From Bacteroidales bacterium (GTDB lineage: Bacteria > Bacteroidota > Bacteroidia > Bacteroidales > JACABE01), in contig JBBRCQ010000002.1 in NCBI GenBank assembly GCA_038204725.1, positions 50,846-114,845 on the forward strand: 64,000 nt of DNA. Direction: 5' to 3'. The notes under the pieces were generated by a model, which saw only the letters and a list, made by a program, of their open reading frames with translations, was not told the origin of the DNA and ran no database searches. The first letter of the stretch is position 1, and every line of letters begins with the position of its first letter. A program made the position numbers and the translations under genes. Below, one piece after another: positions 45,820-55,203 of the stretch.

Positions 45820-46701
45820 ATGAACGGAAAAAAAAACATTCTGGTACCTGTAGATTTTAATCAAAAATCATTGATTGCATTGCAACAAGCTACAAATATT
45901 GCTAAATTACTGAATCATGATATCATGCTGTTGTATGTTCATGAAGAAACCGGGATCTTTTCGAAACTTTTTTCTGATACACAGGACGAAGATAAAATAT
46001 TGGCGACACTTCAACTTAAAATGGATGAAATTGCTAATCAGTATAATACTTCATCGGGTATAAGCATCAAAAGTATGATTGCCAAAGGAAGGGTTTCGTC
46101 AAAAATTGTTGAAATTGCAGAACTGATCGATTCGCAATTGATCATCATGGGTACAAACAGTGAAGTTGAATTTAAAGCAACTATAGGTGCCAATACGCAC
46201 AAGGTAATACGATGGGCAAAGTCGCCCGTAATTACAATCAATGGTCTGCATCACCAGAATGGGTGCAGAAGTATTTTGTTACCGCTTGATTTAAGCATAG
46301 AAACCCGTCAAAAAGTTAGTAAAGCTATTGAAATGGCAAAACATTTTGGAGCAAGCATTAAAGTTGTTTCCGCATTATGGTCAAAAAGTAATGTAGAAGT
46401 TAGCAAAAGATTACAAGCTCAGATGAATCAGGTAATCAACTACATTACTGAAAGAAATGTAGTCTGTCAATCTGAAATTCTGGAAAGTTCGATTTCTGAA
46501 AAAACCTTGGTTCCTATTTTTCTTAAATATGCGAAGGAACAGGGAGATGTTGATCTTATTATGATTATGACGCAAAAAGAAATTGGATTTGTCGATTATT
46601 TTATGGATTCCTATGCTCAGGAAACCATCAGAACTTCTGAAATTCCGGTAATGTGCATTGCTCCTAAAGAAATTGGGATTATTCAATCAAAAGGGTTCTA
46701 A
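45820..46701 (+). CDS. Tandem universal stress protein (UspA) domain protein
   Basis: 293 aa. Two Usp-like halves (NILVPVDFNQKS...; ILLPLDLSIETRQK...). Confidence 0.7.
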   Translation: MNGKKNILVPVDFNQKSLIALQQATNIAKLLNHDIMLLYVHEETGIFSKLFSDTQDEDKILATLQLKMDEIANQYNTSSGISIKSMIAKGRVSSKIVEIAELIDSQLIIMGTNSEVEFKATIGANTHKVIRWAKSPVITINGLHHQNGCRSILLPLDLSIETRQKVSKAIEMAKHFGASIKVVSALWSKSNVEVSKRLQAQMNQVINYITERNVVCQSEILESSISEKTLVPIFLKYAKEQGDVDLIMIMTQKEIGFVDYFMDSYAQETIRTSEIPVMCIAPKEIGIIQSKGF

Positions 46702-46803
46702 TCTAACTTTACCATTGATGCGTGAACGGTTGACTTTTTGTTAGCTTGTATCACCTGTTACCTCATTGATAAAATAAATTTTAATTGTAGTAGAAATAAA
46801 AGA

Positions 46804-48045
46804 ATGATAGCTGAAATAATAAGCATTGGAGATGAATTGCTGATAGGGCAAGTGATCAATACCAACTCTTCGTGGATGGCAATGCAACTAAATATGATCG
46901 GAATTGATGTTACAAAGATGACTGTAATTCCTGATCAGAAAACTGCAATTTTACAAAGTTTGGATGCTGCTTTTCAACATGCGGATATACTATTTATGAC
47001 CGGTGGACTGGGGCCTACCAATGACGATATTACCAAACTCTGTCTTTGTGAATATTATGACTCAAAACTGATTTTTGATCAGGCAAGTTATGAGCGGATT
47101 GAGAAACTGTTTGCGCAAAGAGGCTTTGCTGTAACAGAACTCAATCGTCAACAGGCTGAAGTGCCGGATAAATGCATGGTAATACCGAATATGAACGGTA
47201 CTGCATCTGGAATGTGGTTCGAAAAAAACGGGAAAATACTAATTGCCATGCCGGGTGTTCCTTTTGAAATGAAATCAATGATGAGTAACTTTGTGATTCC
47301 TCGTTTAAAAGATCAGAGTAAAATAGCGCTGTTTAATAAAACCATTCATGTTCAGGGAGTCGGAGAGTCGTTTCTGGCAGAATTGATTAAGGACTGGGAA
47401 GCTCAACTGCCTATGCATATAAAATTAGCCTATTTGCCTCAACCTGGAATTGTAAGGTTAAGACTGAGTGCAAAAGGAGAACAGGAAGATTTGCTGAAAA
47501 TACAAGTGGATTTAGAAATCGAAAAACTTCAAAAACTAATTTCTGACTTGATATTTGGTTATGATGATGATACGCTGGAAGCTATCATTGGTGAATTATT
47601 GCTTTTAAAAAACAAAACGGTATCAACTGCCGAAAGTTGCACTGGTGGTTATCTTTCTCATTTGATTACTTCTGTACCGGGTAGCTCTGCATATTACAAA
47701 GGAAGCGTTGTAGCTTATTCTAATGAAGTTAAAATGAAAATCCTGGGTGTAAGCTCAGCATGCCTCGAAAATTACGGAGCCGTTAGCAAACAGACTGTAA
47801 TTGAAATGGCATCAGGCATTCGTAATATAATGCAAACCGATTATGCGGTATCTGTTTCGGGGATTGCAGGACCTGATGGAGGTTCGGAGGAAAAACCGGT
47901 AGGGACTATATGGATAGCAATAGCCAGTGAAAATGGTGTTGTTGCCGAAAAATTCCTGCATGGTGAAGATCGTGGACGTAATATAAGAAAAGCCGCATTA
48001 TCAGCATTGAACCTATTGAGGAAAGTTATACAGCAGGAATGTTGA
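46804..48045 (+). CDS. cinA: CinA-family competence/damage-inducible protein (MoCF-binding domain + nicotinamide-nucleotide amidohydrolase PncC domain)
   Basis: The track ORF begins at 46738, but the conserved N-terminus MIAEIISIGDELLIGQVINTNS starts at the ATG at 46804. The C-terminal half carries TAESCTGG. Confidence 0.88.
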   Translation: MIAEIISIGDELLIGQVINTNSSWMAMQLNMIGIDVTKMTVIPDQKTAILQSLDAAFQHADILFMTGGLGPTNDDITKLCLCEYYDSKLIFDQASYERIEKLFAQRGFAVTELNRQQAEVPDKCMVIPNMNGTASGMWFEKNGKILIAMPGVPFEMKSMMSNFVIPRLKDQSKIALFNKTIHVQGVGESFLAELIKDWEAQLPMHIKLAYLPQPGIVRLRLSAKGEQEDLLKIQVDLEIEKLQKLISDLIFGYDDDTLEAIIGELLLLKNKTVSTAESCTGGYLSHLITSVPGSSAYYKGSVVAYSNEVKMKILGVSSACLENYGAVSKQTVIEMASGIRNIMQTDYAVSVSGIAGPDGGSEEKPVGTIWIAIASENGVVAEKFLHGEDRGRNIRKAALSALNLLRKVIQQEC

Positions 48046-48097
48046 TAAAAACAATGTTTTTTTTGTGAAATATAGTTGTAGTTAAAAAATATTTTTG

Positions 48098-48105
48098 TAC
48101 TTTTG
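48098..48105 (+). promoter_or_regulatory. Candidate -7 box TACTTTTG upstream of rpmB
   Basis: Matches TAnnTTTG, 43 nt before the ATG at 48148. Confidence 0.4.
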
Positions 48106-48147
48106 CACTCCATTTTTGAAATGAGTCATTAAAAAAAACGTATAAAA

Positions 48148-48387
48148 ATGTCTAAAATTTGCGATATTACAGGGAAAAAAGTGATTACTGGAAATAGAGT
48201 ATCTCACTCAAATATAAAAAGTAAAAGAAGGTTTTATCCAAATCTTCAAACCAAGAAATTTTACATTCCGGAAGAAGAGTGCTGGATTACATTAAAAGTA
48301 TCTGCAAATGCGATTAGAACAATCAGCAAAAAAGGCATTTCTGCTTGTTTGAAAGATGCAGAAAAAAAAGGTTTGATAATTTTCTAA
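48148..48387 (+). CDS. rpmB: 50S ribosomal protein L28
   Basis: 79 aa starting MSKICDITGKKVITGNRVSHSNIKSKRRFYPNLQ. Confidence 0.93.
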   Translation: MSKICDITGKKVITGNRVSHSNIKSKRRFYPNLQTKKFYIPEEECWITLKVSANAIRTISKKGISACLKDAEKKGLIIF

Positions 48388-48411
48388 ACCTGAAAAATAT
48401 AGCGTAAAAAA

Positions 48412-48441
48412 GACTGAATGTTATCATTCGGTCTTTTTTTT
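48412..48441 (+). terminator. Rho-independent terminator after rpmB
   Basis: GACTGAATG-ttat-CATTCGGTC (one G-U pair), followed by T8. Confidence 0.8.
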
Positions 48442-48538
48442 GCCTATAACTGATTTAATCCTACCGTTAACTTTTTCTTAATTGTTTGTGTAATTTTTTA
48501 ATTACTTTTACCACATTATTAACTTAAAAGATGAAACG

Positions 48539-50266
48539 ATGAAAAAAATTACATTTTTAATGGTATTAATTACCGGAATGGTAATTTCTGCAAATTCACA
48601 AACTCTTCATAGCGATACACTTTCAATTAATAATATCAAAGCCCTGGTTAGAGCAGGAGGGATGCAATTTTGGGAAGGTTTTGGTAATTTACCCATTTAT
48701 CAATATCCCAATGGAAGTGGAAAAACCACTATTTATACCAGTAGCCTATGGTTAGGTGGAATGGATATAAATTCACAGTTACATTTGGCAGCAGAACGTT
48801 TTTGTCAAAACGGAACCGATTTTTGGGGTGGTCCTTTAACAACAGATGGTACAGCTTCAACTACATCTACTATAGCTGCAAACTGGGATAAAGTTTGGAA
48901 AATAAATAAGCAAGATTTACTTATTTATTTGAATAGTACAGCTTATCCATCAAATCCTCCTGCTTTTGTACTCAATTGGCCGGCTCATGGGGATACTCTT
49001 CTGCATCAAAGTTATCAATTAGCTCCTTTTGTAGATGTAAATAATAATGGGAATTATGAACCACTTTTGGGAGATTACCCCAAAATATATGGTGATCAAT
49101 GTATCTTTTTTATTATTAATGACCAGAAAATACATACTGAAACAGCAGGAATACCTATAGGTGCTGAAATTCATGTTTTTGCCTATGCTTTTGATAATCC
49201 TTCTGATTCCTCATTATACAATGCTATTTTTTACAAATATAAAATTATTAACCGTTCAGTAAATACATATACAAATTTCTATTTAGGTCATTTTACAGAT
49301 ATTGATATTGGATATTCTATTGATGATTACGTTGCCTGTGATGTTGAACGATCTACTTATTACGGATACAATGGGAGAGCTGTTGACGGATGGGGTTCGT
49401 TTAATTGTTACGATTCTTTACCTCCTGCACAAGGTGTTACAATTTTAGGAGGACCTACAATGGATAAAGACGGTATAGATAATCCAAGCGGAGGATGTGA
49501 TTTTAGTGTCAATGGATTGAATTTTGGAGATAATATTATTGACAATGAAAGAATAGGTATGAGTCGTTTTATTTATTATAATAATTCTATTCACAATATT
49601 TATGGGGAACCTGATACTATATCTCATTACTATAATTTTATGACAGGGTTATGGAAAAATGGAACACCATTAACTTGGGATAGTAGCGGTTATAATCCTC
49701 TTTCTTCAACTACAGCAAGATTTATGTTTCCCGGGTTATCGGATACTTTAAATTGGGGAACAGGTTGTGGCGTTAGACCTACACCCAATGATTGGTCTGA
49801 GGTTGATATGCAAAACGCTCCAGGTGATAGGCGTGGATTGGCTTCAATGGGACCTTTTACTTTTAATGCCGGAGCTACTCAGTATGTTGATATCGTTTAT
49901 ACTACTGCTACATCTTATAATTTTAAATCTTCTTCTGTAGATGTGATGAAACAAAGAATTGATCATATTCGGGATCTGTTTGTAAACTCTCCGGAAATCT
50001 TTCAAGGTTATGTGGGCGTTTCAGAAAAGGAAGAAATGAAGTTTAATATTTATCCAAATCCTGCTTCTGAATATATTATGATTGAAGGAATTGGTTTAAA
50101 AAAGTCAAACTACATACTTTACAATATTGTAGGGCAATCAGTTATGGTTGGAAAATTAGAAAATAACAGTTCAAAAATAGATATTGCGAGATTAAATTCA
50201 GGCATCTATTTTATGCAGTTAAAAACAGAAAACTTAACCAGAACGATTAAGTTTATTAAAAGATAA
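48539..50266 (+). CDS. Secreted hypothetical protein with T9SS C-terminal sorting domain
   Basis: 575 aa. Signal peptide; C-terminal sorting domain FNIYPNPASEYIMIEG...GIYFMQLKTENLTRTIKFIK. Confidence 0.7.
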   Translation: MKKITFLMVLITGMVISANSQTLHSDTLSINNIKALVRAGGMQFWEGFGNLPIYQYPNGSGKTTIYTSSLWLGGMDINSQLHLAAERFCQNGTDFWGGPLTTDGTASTTSTIAANWDKVWKINKQDLLIYLNSTAYPSNPPAFVLNWPAHGDTLLHQSYQLAPFVDVNNNGNYEPLLGDYPKIYGDQCIFFIINDQKIHTETAGIPIGAEIHVFAYAFDNPSDSSLYNAIFYKYKIINRSVNTYTNFYLGHFTDIDIGYSIDDYVACDVERSTYYGYNGRAVDGWGSFNCYDSLPPAQGVTILGGPTMDKDGIDNPSGGCDFSVNGLNFGDNIIDNERIGMSRFIYYNNSIHNIYGEPDTISHYYNFMTGLWKNGTPLTWDSSGYNPLSSTTARFMFPGLSDTLNWGTGCGVRPTPNDWSEVDMQNAPGDRRGLASMGPFTFNAGATQYVDIVYTTATSYNFKSSSVDVMKQRIDHIRDLFVNSPEIFQGYVGVSEKEEMKFNIYPNPASEYIMIEGIGLKKSNYILYNIVGQSVMVGKLENNSSKIDIARLNSGIYFMQLKTENLTRTIKFIKR

Positions 50267-50308
50267 TGCAATTTGTATTTGTTTTTTGTTTTAAAGATTA
50301 ATTACCAG

Positions 50309-50340
50309 ACCCATAAAACTATTTTATGGGTTTTTTATTT
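50309..50340 (+). terminator. Rho-independent terminator after the T9SS cargo gene
   Basis: ACCCATAAAA-ctat-TTTATGGGT, followed by a T-run. Confidence 0.8.
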
Positions 50341-50594
50341 TTACATACCTTAAACAAAAACTTTCGTACGCTGAATTTGTTTTAAAAATGAAATAAGTTT
50401 TACAACAAAAAATTATATAAAAACTAAATCGATTAAGATTAACAATAAATTAATATGTTAATTTATTGAGTTTAAAAGTAATTTGATTAATTTTGGCTTT
50501 TAAATTCAATATTATGTTTTTCTTACTATTTTAGCTTAAAAAAACCTTATTTTTCAAGAAAATAATTTTGTCCTTTTTTAAATAAAAATTACAA

Positions 50595-50732
50595 ATGAAA
50601 GAAGAAAAAAAAACAGCGTCTTCCAAAATTTCCAAAATAAATGAAACCACAGCATCTCAAGAAATAAATAATCAATATTTACATTCATTTCAACAGCGTG
50701 AACATGCTGAGTTTCATAATTGTCATACTTAA
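50595..50732 (+). CDS. Possible small ORF (45 aa, His-rich C-terminus)
   Basis: Below the track cutoff; my translation gives MKEEKKTASSKISKINETTASQEINNQYLHSFQQREHAEFHNCHT*. A TAATTTTG -7-like box lies at 50563-50570. No other support. Confidence 0.2.
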   Translation: MKEEKKTASSKISKINETTASQEINNQYLHSFQQREHAEFHNCHT

Positions 50733-50834
50733 CAAAGTGTAAAAGATGATATTGCTTTTTTGAAAGTAATTTATAAAGACAAATTAGATCTGTAAGAAGA
50801 TGATGTAAATATTGATTTGGTCAATAATTTAAAA

Positions 50835-52061
50835 ATGATCAGTAAAGATATCTATTTCTTTCTCAAAACGCTTGAGTATGATTTAACGCCGCAGAATTAT
50901 ATCAAAAGTAAATATGAGTTTATTCGTCACAAAATACCCAATGGAAATCCTCATCTGTTTTATCTGGCCTGGAATGGATTAATCAAAAACGACAGTTTTC
51001 GACGATTGTTGCTACAGACATTTAGTTTGAATAAATTCAATGATTTGTTGTGTCCTCAAAATATTCCGGTAGTGGGTTCGCAAATGACACGATACAGAAC
51101 CAAGCTTGTTTTGGCAAACGACATGGCAACCAATGAGGATGGCACACAGAGAACCACCGGAAGGTTGTTGGATGATGGAAGTGGATTGAATATGAAGGAA
51201 GGAATTGTATGGCTTCCCAATGAAAAAGCGATTCCACTTTTTCCTCAGGGTTATGTACCGTTGAATCAAACACAAGTTATTTTAGTTCGTCATGGAAAAT
51301 CTATCCATGAATCGGGTGGCGAAAATCCTGAATTTGTTGGTTCCGGTTACAGGGATATATGGGATAAAAACAGACGTATTTCCGGTGCTCAAAGTAATTT
51401 TTTGAAAGAGGAAGGAATTACAACTGCTAGAGAACTGGGTAAAGATTTTAAAATTGCCGTTGATATCCTTGATAAAAGCGGTTTCCCGTTATGGTCATGG
51501 TCAAAAGATTCACCGGTTCCGGTTTATGGAAGTGAATCGGAAAATACTGAACAAACTTCGCGATATTTCTTACAGGAATCCGGTTATACAAATATTGCCT
51601 TTAATGCATTGTTTGGATTAAATTCTCAAAAATACGGTGGTTTAACCTTTATGCTTAAAAATGAAGTAACAGCGGCAGCCTTAAAAATATATAGTCATGG
51701 GAATGAGCCAGGTGCAGAAGTTAAAACACAGGTTTCAAAGATGTTTAAAAATCGTTTTTATCATTATCCTGAGGGCGAAACATTGTTGGAAGCCGATTGG
51801 AGAATTGCATACAGTTTTATTGATTTATTGAATAAAAATCTGGGGAAGAGAATCATGTTATGTGACCATTCCGGTGCAATCAGAGTCTTTGAAGCCATAA
51901 TAAGAACGCTGGATTTTGCTGAATACAGTACCATTAAACAAGCTCAGGATTCTATAATTGCTTTGTGTTATCAACCGGGTCGCAATTTGCGCTATGATTA
52001 CCTCCAGAAAAAAGAGTTTCCTTTGCGTAAACGCGAAAAAATAATAAATAACTGTCTATGA
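50835..52061 (+). CDS. Histidine-phosphatase (PGM/SixA-type) domain protein with an unassigned N-terminal domain of about 150 aa
   Basis: The track start is TTG at 50817; the first ATG is at 50835 (MISKDIYFF). It carries VILVRHGKS (RHG catalytic motif), SESENTEQTSRYF, EGETLLEADWR and LCDHSGAIRVF (second catalytic His). Confidence 0.65.
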   Translation: MISKDIYFFLKTLEYDLTPQNYIKSKYEFIRHKIPNGNPHLFYLAWNGLIKNDSFRRLLLQTFSLNKFNDLLCPQNIPVVGSQMTRYRTKLVLANDMATNEDGTQRTTGRLLDDGSGLNMKEGIVWLPNEKAIPLFPQGYVPLNQTQVILVRHGKSIHESGGENPEFVGSGYRDIWDKNRRISGAQSNFLKEEGITTARELGKDFKIAVDILDKSGFPLWSWSKDSPVPVYGSESENTEQTSRYFLQESGYTNIAFNALFGLNSQKYGGLTFMLKNEVTAAALKIYSHGNEPGAEVKTQVSKMFKNRFYHYPEGETLLEADWRIAYSFIDLLNKNLGKRIMLCDHSGAIRVFEAIIRTLDFAEYSTIKQAQDSIIALCYQPGRNLRYDYLQKKEFPLRKREKIINNCL

Positions 52062-52621
52062 TGTTTTTAATTATTGCCTTGATCTTATTGATCGTATCAA
52101 ATTGTATTTTTTTTTATTTGATGATTCGTTTTATGAAAAAATCAGTAACAGATGAACTTACCGGTTTAAATAATTTCAGGTATTTAAAATTATATTTAAA
52201 AAACAAAAGGAAAAACAATCAATTAGGATTAGCCATTTTGGATATTAATAATTTTAAAGTATTCAACAATATCAGCATACATAAAGGAGATAACATATTA
52301 CAAGAGTTTTCTGAAGAAATGAAAATGCTTTTAGGTGAAAATGTATTAATCTGCAGATATCGACTGGGAGATGAATTTGCATTGGTATTTCTCAATAAAA
52401 GTAAATCAGAAATTCAGGTCGCATTACAAGTTATGATAACCTATTTTAATACGTTTTTTTTCAAATGTTTGGAAGAAGATATGCCGGACTACAGCATCAG
52501 CTTTTGTTATGGAATAAGTGAACTTGCAACAGATGAAGCCAATTTTGAAACTCTTTTTTACAAAGCAGAATCGGAACTTGCAACTGCTAAAAGGGAAAAA
52601 GAGTTGAAAATGAGTCAGTAA
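52058..52621 (+). CDS. Minimal membrane-anchored GGDEF-like domain protein (RLGDEF variant)
   Basis: 187 aa. One TM helix, then DELTGLNNFRYL, LAILDINNFKVFNNISIHKGDNILQEF and RYRLGDEFALVF. An ATGA overlap links it to the upstream gene. Confidence 0.7.
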   Translation: MMFLIIALILLIVSNCIFFYLMIRFMKKSVTDELTGLNNFRYLKLYLKNKRKNNQLGLAILDINNFKVFNNISIHKGDNILQEFSEEMKMLLGENVLICRYRLGDEFALVFLNKSKSEIQVALQVMITYFNTFFFKCLEEDMPDYSISFCYGISELATDEANFETLFYKAESELATAKREKELKMSQ

Positions 52622-52627
52622 TGTTTA

Positions 52628-53080
52628 TTAAATGGATACTTTTTTCTTTTCAAGCAATTTTATTTCTTCAATACACATTTCTTTATCTACTGCTTTACAC
52701 ATATCGTAAATAGTGAGTAAAGCAATACTCACAGCAGTTAGGGCTTCCATTTCTATACCCGTTTGTCCGGTACATTTAGCATAACCTATTACTTTAACTC
52801 CATTTTCTGTCAACGTAGCTTTTACATCTAGTTTACTGATCATCAAAGGATGACACAAAGGAATGAGTTCGCTGGTTTTTTTTCCACCCTGTATACCGGC
52901 AATTTCGGCTATGGTGAGCACATCGCCTTTTTTAATCTGGTTTTCCTTAATCAACAGCAAAGTTGCAGCCATGAGACAAATATGGCCACTAGCAATGGCT
53001 GTTCTAACCTGATTGGGCTTGGAGCTTACATCCACCATATTGGCTTTTCCTTGCTCATCTGTGTGACTTAATCTGGACAT
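52628..53080 (-). CDS. moaC: Cyclic pyranopterin monophosphate synthase accessory protein
   Basis: 150 aa starting MSRLSHTDEQGKANMVDVSSKP, with LIPLCHPL and TGIEMEALTAVSIALLTIYDMCKA. Confidence 0.92.
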   Translation of the reverse strand: MSRLSHTDEQGKANMVDVSSKPNQVRTAIASGHICLMAATLLLIKENQIKKGDVLTIAEIAGIQGGKKTSELIPLCHPLMISKLDVKATLTENGVKVIGYAKCTGQTGIEMEALTAVSIALLTIYDMCKAVDKEMCIEEIKLLEKKKVSI

Positions 53081-53100
53081 GGGTGTTGGTTGTTGATAAA

Positions 53101-53156
53101 TGGTTAATGGTTAATGGTTATCAAGACGGAAGACTGAAGTCGGAAGACCGAAGACA
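53101..53156. repeat. Eight phased heptamers: TGGTTAA x2, TGGTTAT, then CAAGACG GAAGACT GAAGTCG GAAGACC GAAGACA
   Basis: Direct reading. Starts 20 nt upstream of the moaC start and reads TAACCAT x3 in the sense orientation. Confidence 0.95.
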
Positions 53157-53191
53157 TTTAACTACGGACACGTGGTATTGGTTTTAGGTTT

Positions 53192-53224
53192 TTCGAAATT
53201 CGTAATTTGTAATTCGTAATTTTT
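53192..53224. repeat. Heptamer array TTCGAAA TTCGTAA TTTGTAA TTCGTAA abutting the moaA stop codon
   Basis: Direct reading. Confidence 0.9.
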
Positions 53225-54025
53225 TCAGCCTCCGATATTGTTAAAGTGGTTGATTTCGTTAAATGATCCACACTTAGGTTTTTGAGAAGTTGCAGCTAGT
53301 AGCGCTTCTTTAATACTCATTTTCCGTATGTCAAATTCTAAGTTGTTGAATAGGCAAGGCTTTATTTTGCCGTCGGCAGTTAAGCGCAAGCGGTTGCAAT
53401 TTTCGCAATCACCACCATCGCCACCTTCAACAATAGCAAAATGACCTGTCTTTAAGTTCATTTGATGAATAAATCGAACTTCAAGACCGTTGTTTTTACA
53501 AAAATCTTCAACGGCCATGGCATCTGATTCTTCTCTGGAATCTTTGATCACACAATTGATTTTGATAGGGGAGAGTCCTGCTTTTTTTGCTTCAAGTATG
53601 CCTCCTTTTACTTTTTCGATATCACCACCCCGTGTAATTTCGCGGAATTTATCTGCATCCATTGTGTCTAAACTAATATTTACCCTGTGCAAACCTTTTT
53701 CTTTTAATTCTTTGGCAAATTGAGAAAGTAAAATACCATTGGTAGTCATACTCAGATCTTTGATGCCTTTAATAGAAGCTAGCATTTCAATTAAGATCAC
53801 AATGTCTTTTCTAACCAAAGGCTCTCCTCCTGTAATTCTAACTTTGTTAACGCCTAATATTACAGCTTCTGTCACTACTTCTTTAATTTCCTCAAAGCTT
53901 AAAATGCCACTATGAGGCAACAATGTTACACCTTCTTCGGGCATACAATAGGTGCAGCGAAGATTGCATCTGTCGGTTACAGAAATTCTCAGGTAATTTA
54001 ATGTGCGGTTATAATTGTCTAACAT
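53225..54025 (-). CDS. moaA: GTP 3',8-cyclase (radical SAM), short form
   Basis: 266 aa with LRISVTDRCNLRCTYCMP, a second-cluster region CENCNRLRLTADGKIKPCLF and a terminal GG. It is about 50-60 aa shorter than the forms I know (E. coli MoaA is 329 aa). Confidence 0.8.
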   Translation of the reverse strand: MLDNYNRTLNYLRISVTDRCNLRCTYCMPEEGVTLLPHSGILSFEEIKEVVTEAVILGVNKVRITGGEPLVRKDIVILIEMLASIKGIKDLSMTTNGILLSQFAKELKEKGLHRVNISLDTMDADKFREITRGGDIEKVKGGILEAKKAGLSPIKINCVIKDSREESDAMAVEDFCKNNGLEVRFIHQMNLKTGHFAIVEGGDGGDCENCNRLRLTADGKIKPCLFNNLEFDIRKMSIKEALLAATSQKPKCGSFNEINHFNNIGG

Positions 54026-55184
54026 GAACTTTTTCTCCTTTTTTCAAAGCTAAAATGCCTTTTTCCATGGCAATAATTCCATTTGCAAATACGTAGGAAT
54101 GTATGTGAGCTGAACCATGGTATTCAACAGGAAATACTTCTCCATTTTGAATACTCACAGGTAAAAATGATTTACGTTGGGTTTTTTTACGGTGAAGATC
54201 GCTGCCCATTGGTAAAATTATTTCAGAATTTTTAGTCAGATTGCCCATCATCTTTTGAATCAAAGGTTTTACAAGCATTTCAAACTGAACAAAAGATGAA
54301 ACCGGATTTCCGGGGAGTCCGAATATATATATATTGTCTTTTATACCAAACACAGTAGGTCTTCCTGGTTGAACAGCTATACTTTTGAACAATATATCAA
54401 TCCCGATTTTCTGCATGATTTCAGGAACATAATCAAACTCGCCCATGGAAACACCACCAGTAAGCAAAACGATATCGTTGTTTTGTAAAGCATTTGAAAT
54501 TTTTTCAAAAGTAGCTTCTTTCGTATCAGCAGCTATACCTTCATAATAAGCTGAAGCCCCTGCTTTTTCAACCTGAGCCATTAACTGCCATGCATTGGAG
54601 TTTCTGATCTGGGAAAGTGCAGGTTTTATGTTGGGTTCAACCAATTCGTCACCGGTAGATATAACGCCAACTTTAGGTTTTGAGTATACTTTAGGTTTCC
54701 AGGCTCCAACTGATGCAAGCACTGCAATATGTTGCGGCTGAATCAAAGTTCCTTTTGTTAATACCAAATCATTGATATGTAAGTCTTCTGAAAGATAACA
54801 AATATTAATTCCGGTTTTTTCTCTGACAAATCTGATGGTATTATCAATAACTTCAGTATCTTCGACCATTACCACACAATCTGCACCTTGAGGAAGCATG
54901 GCACCTGTCATTATTTTAGAACATTGTCCTTGTGAAATTACTTTTTCAGGACTTTTTCCTGCAGGAATGATTTCTATGATTTCCAGATTTATTTTATTGT
55001 TGAAATCATCTTGCTTACAAGCAAAACCATCAACAGCTGATTTATCGAAAGGTGGCATATTCATATCAGAATATATGTCTGTTGCCAATACCCTGTCCAC
55101 TGATTTGAGCAATTCAACTTCTTCAAAAGGTAAAGGTTGTGCTGAATTCAATACTATTTTTAATGCGTCCTCAAAAGCGATCAT
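54009..55184 (-). CDS. moeA: Molybdopterin molybdenumtransferase
   Basis: 391 aa with MPPFDKSAVDGFA, the MoCF-binding core VGVISTGDELVEP, and GLPGNPVSS. Its end overlaps the moaA start by 17 nt. Confidence 0.88.
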   Translation of the reverse strand: MIAFEDALKIVLNSAQPLPFEEVELLKSVDRVLATDIYSDMNMPPFDKSAVDGFACKQDDFNNKINLEIIEIIPAGKSPEKVISQGQCSKIMTGAMLPQGADCVVMVEDTEVIDNTIRFVREKTGINICYLSEDLHINDLVLTKGTLIQPQHIAVLASVGAWKPKVYSKPKVGVISTGDELVEPNIKPALSQIRNSNAWQLMAQVEKAGASAYYEGIAADTKEATFEKISNALQNNDIVLLTGGVSMGEFDYVPEIMQKIGIDILFKSIAVQPGRPTVFGIKDNIYIFGLPGNPVSSFVQFEMLVKPLIQKMMGNLTKNSEIILPMGSDLHRKKTQRKSFLPVSIQNGEVFPVEYHGSAHIHSYVFANGIIAMEKGILALKKGEKVHVRQL

Positions 55185-55203
55185 AACTTACCTGATTCTT
55201 TCT

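Noticed and set aside
46738-46803. N-terminal extension of cinA in the track (MLACITCYLIDKINFNCSRNKR)
   Set aside because: The conserved CinA N-terminus starts at MIAEIISIGDELL (ATG at 46804). The extension begins at a non-ATG codon and has no counterpart in the family as I know it.
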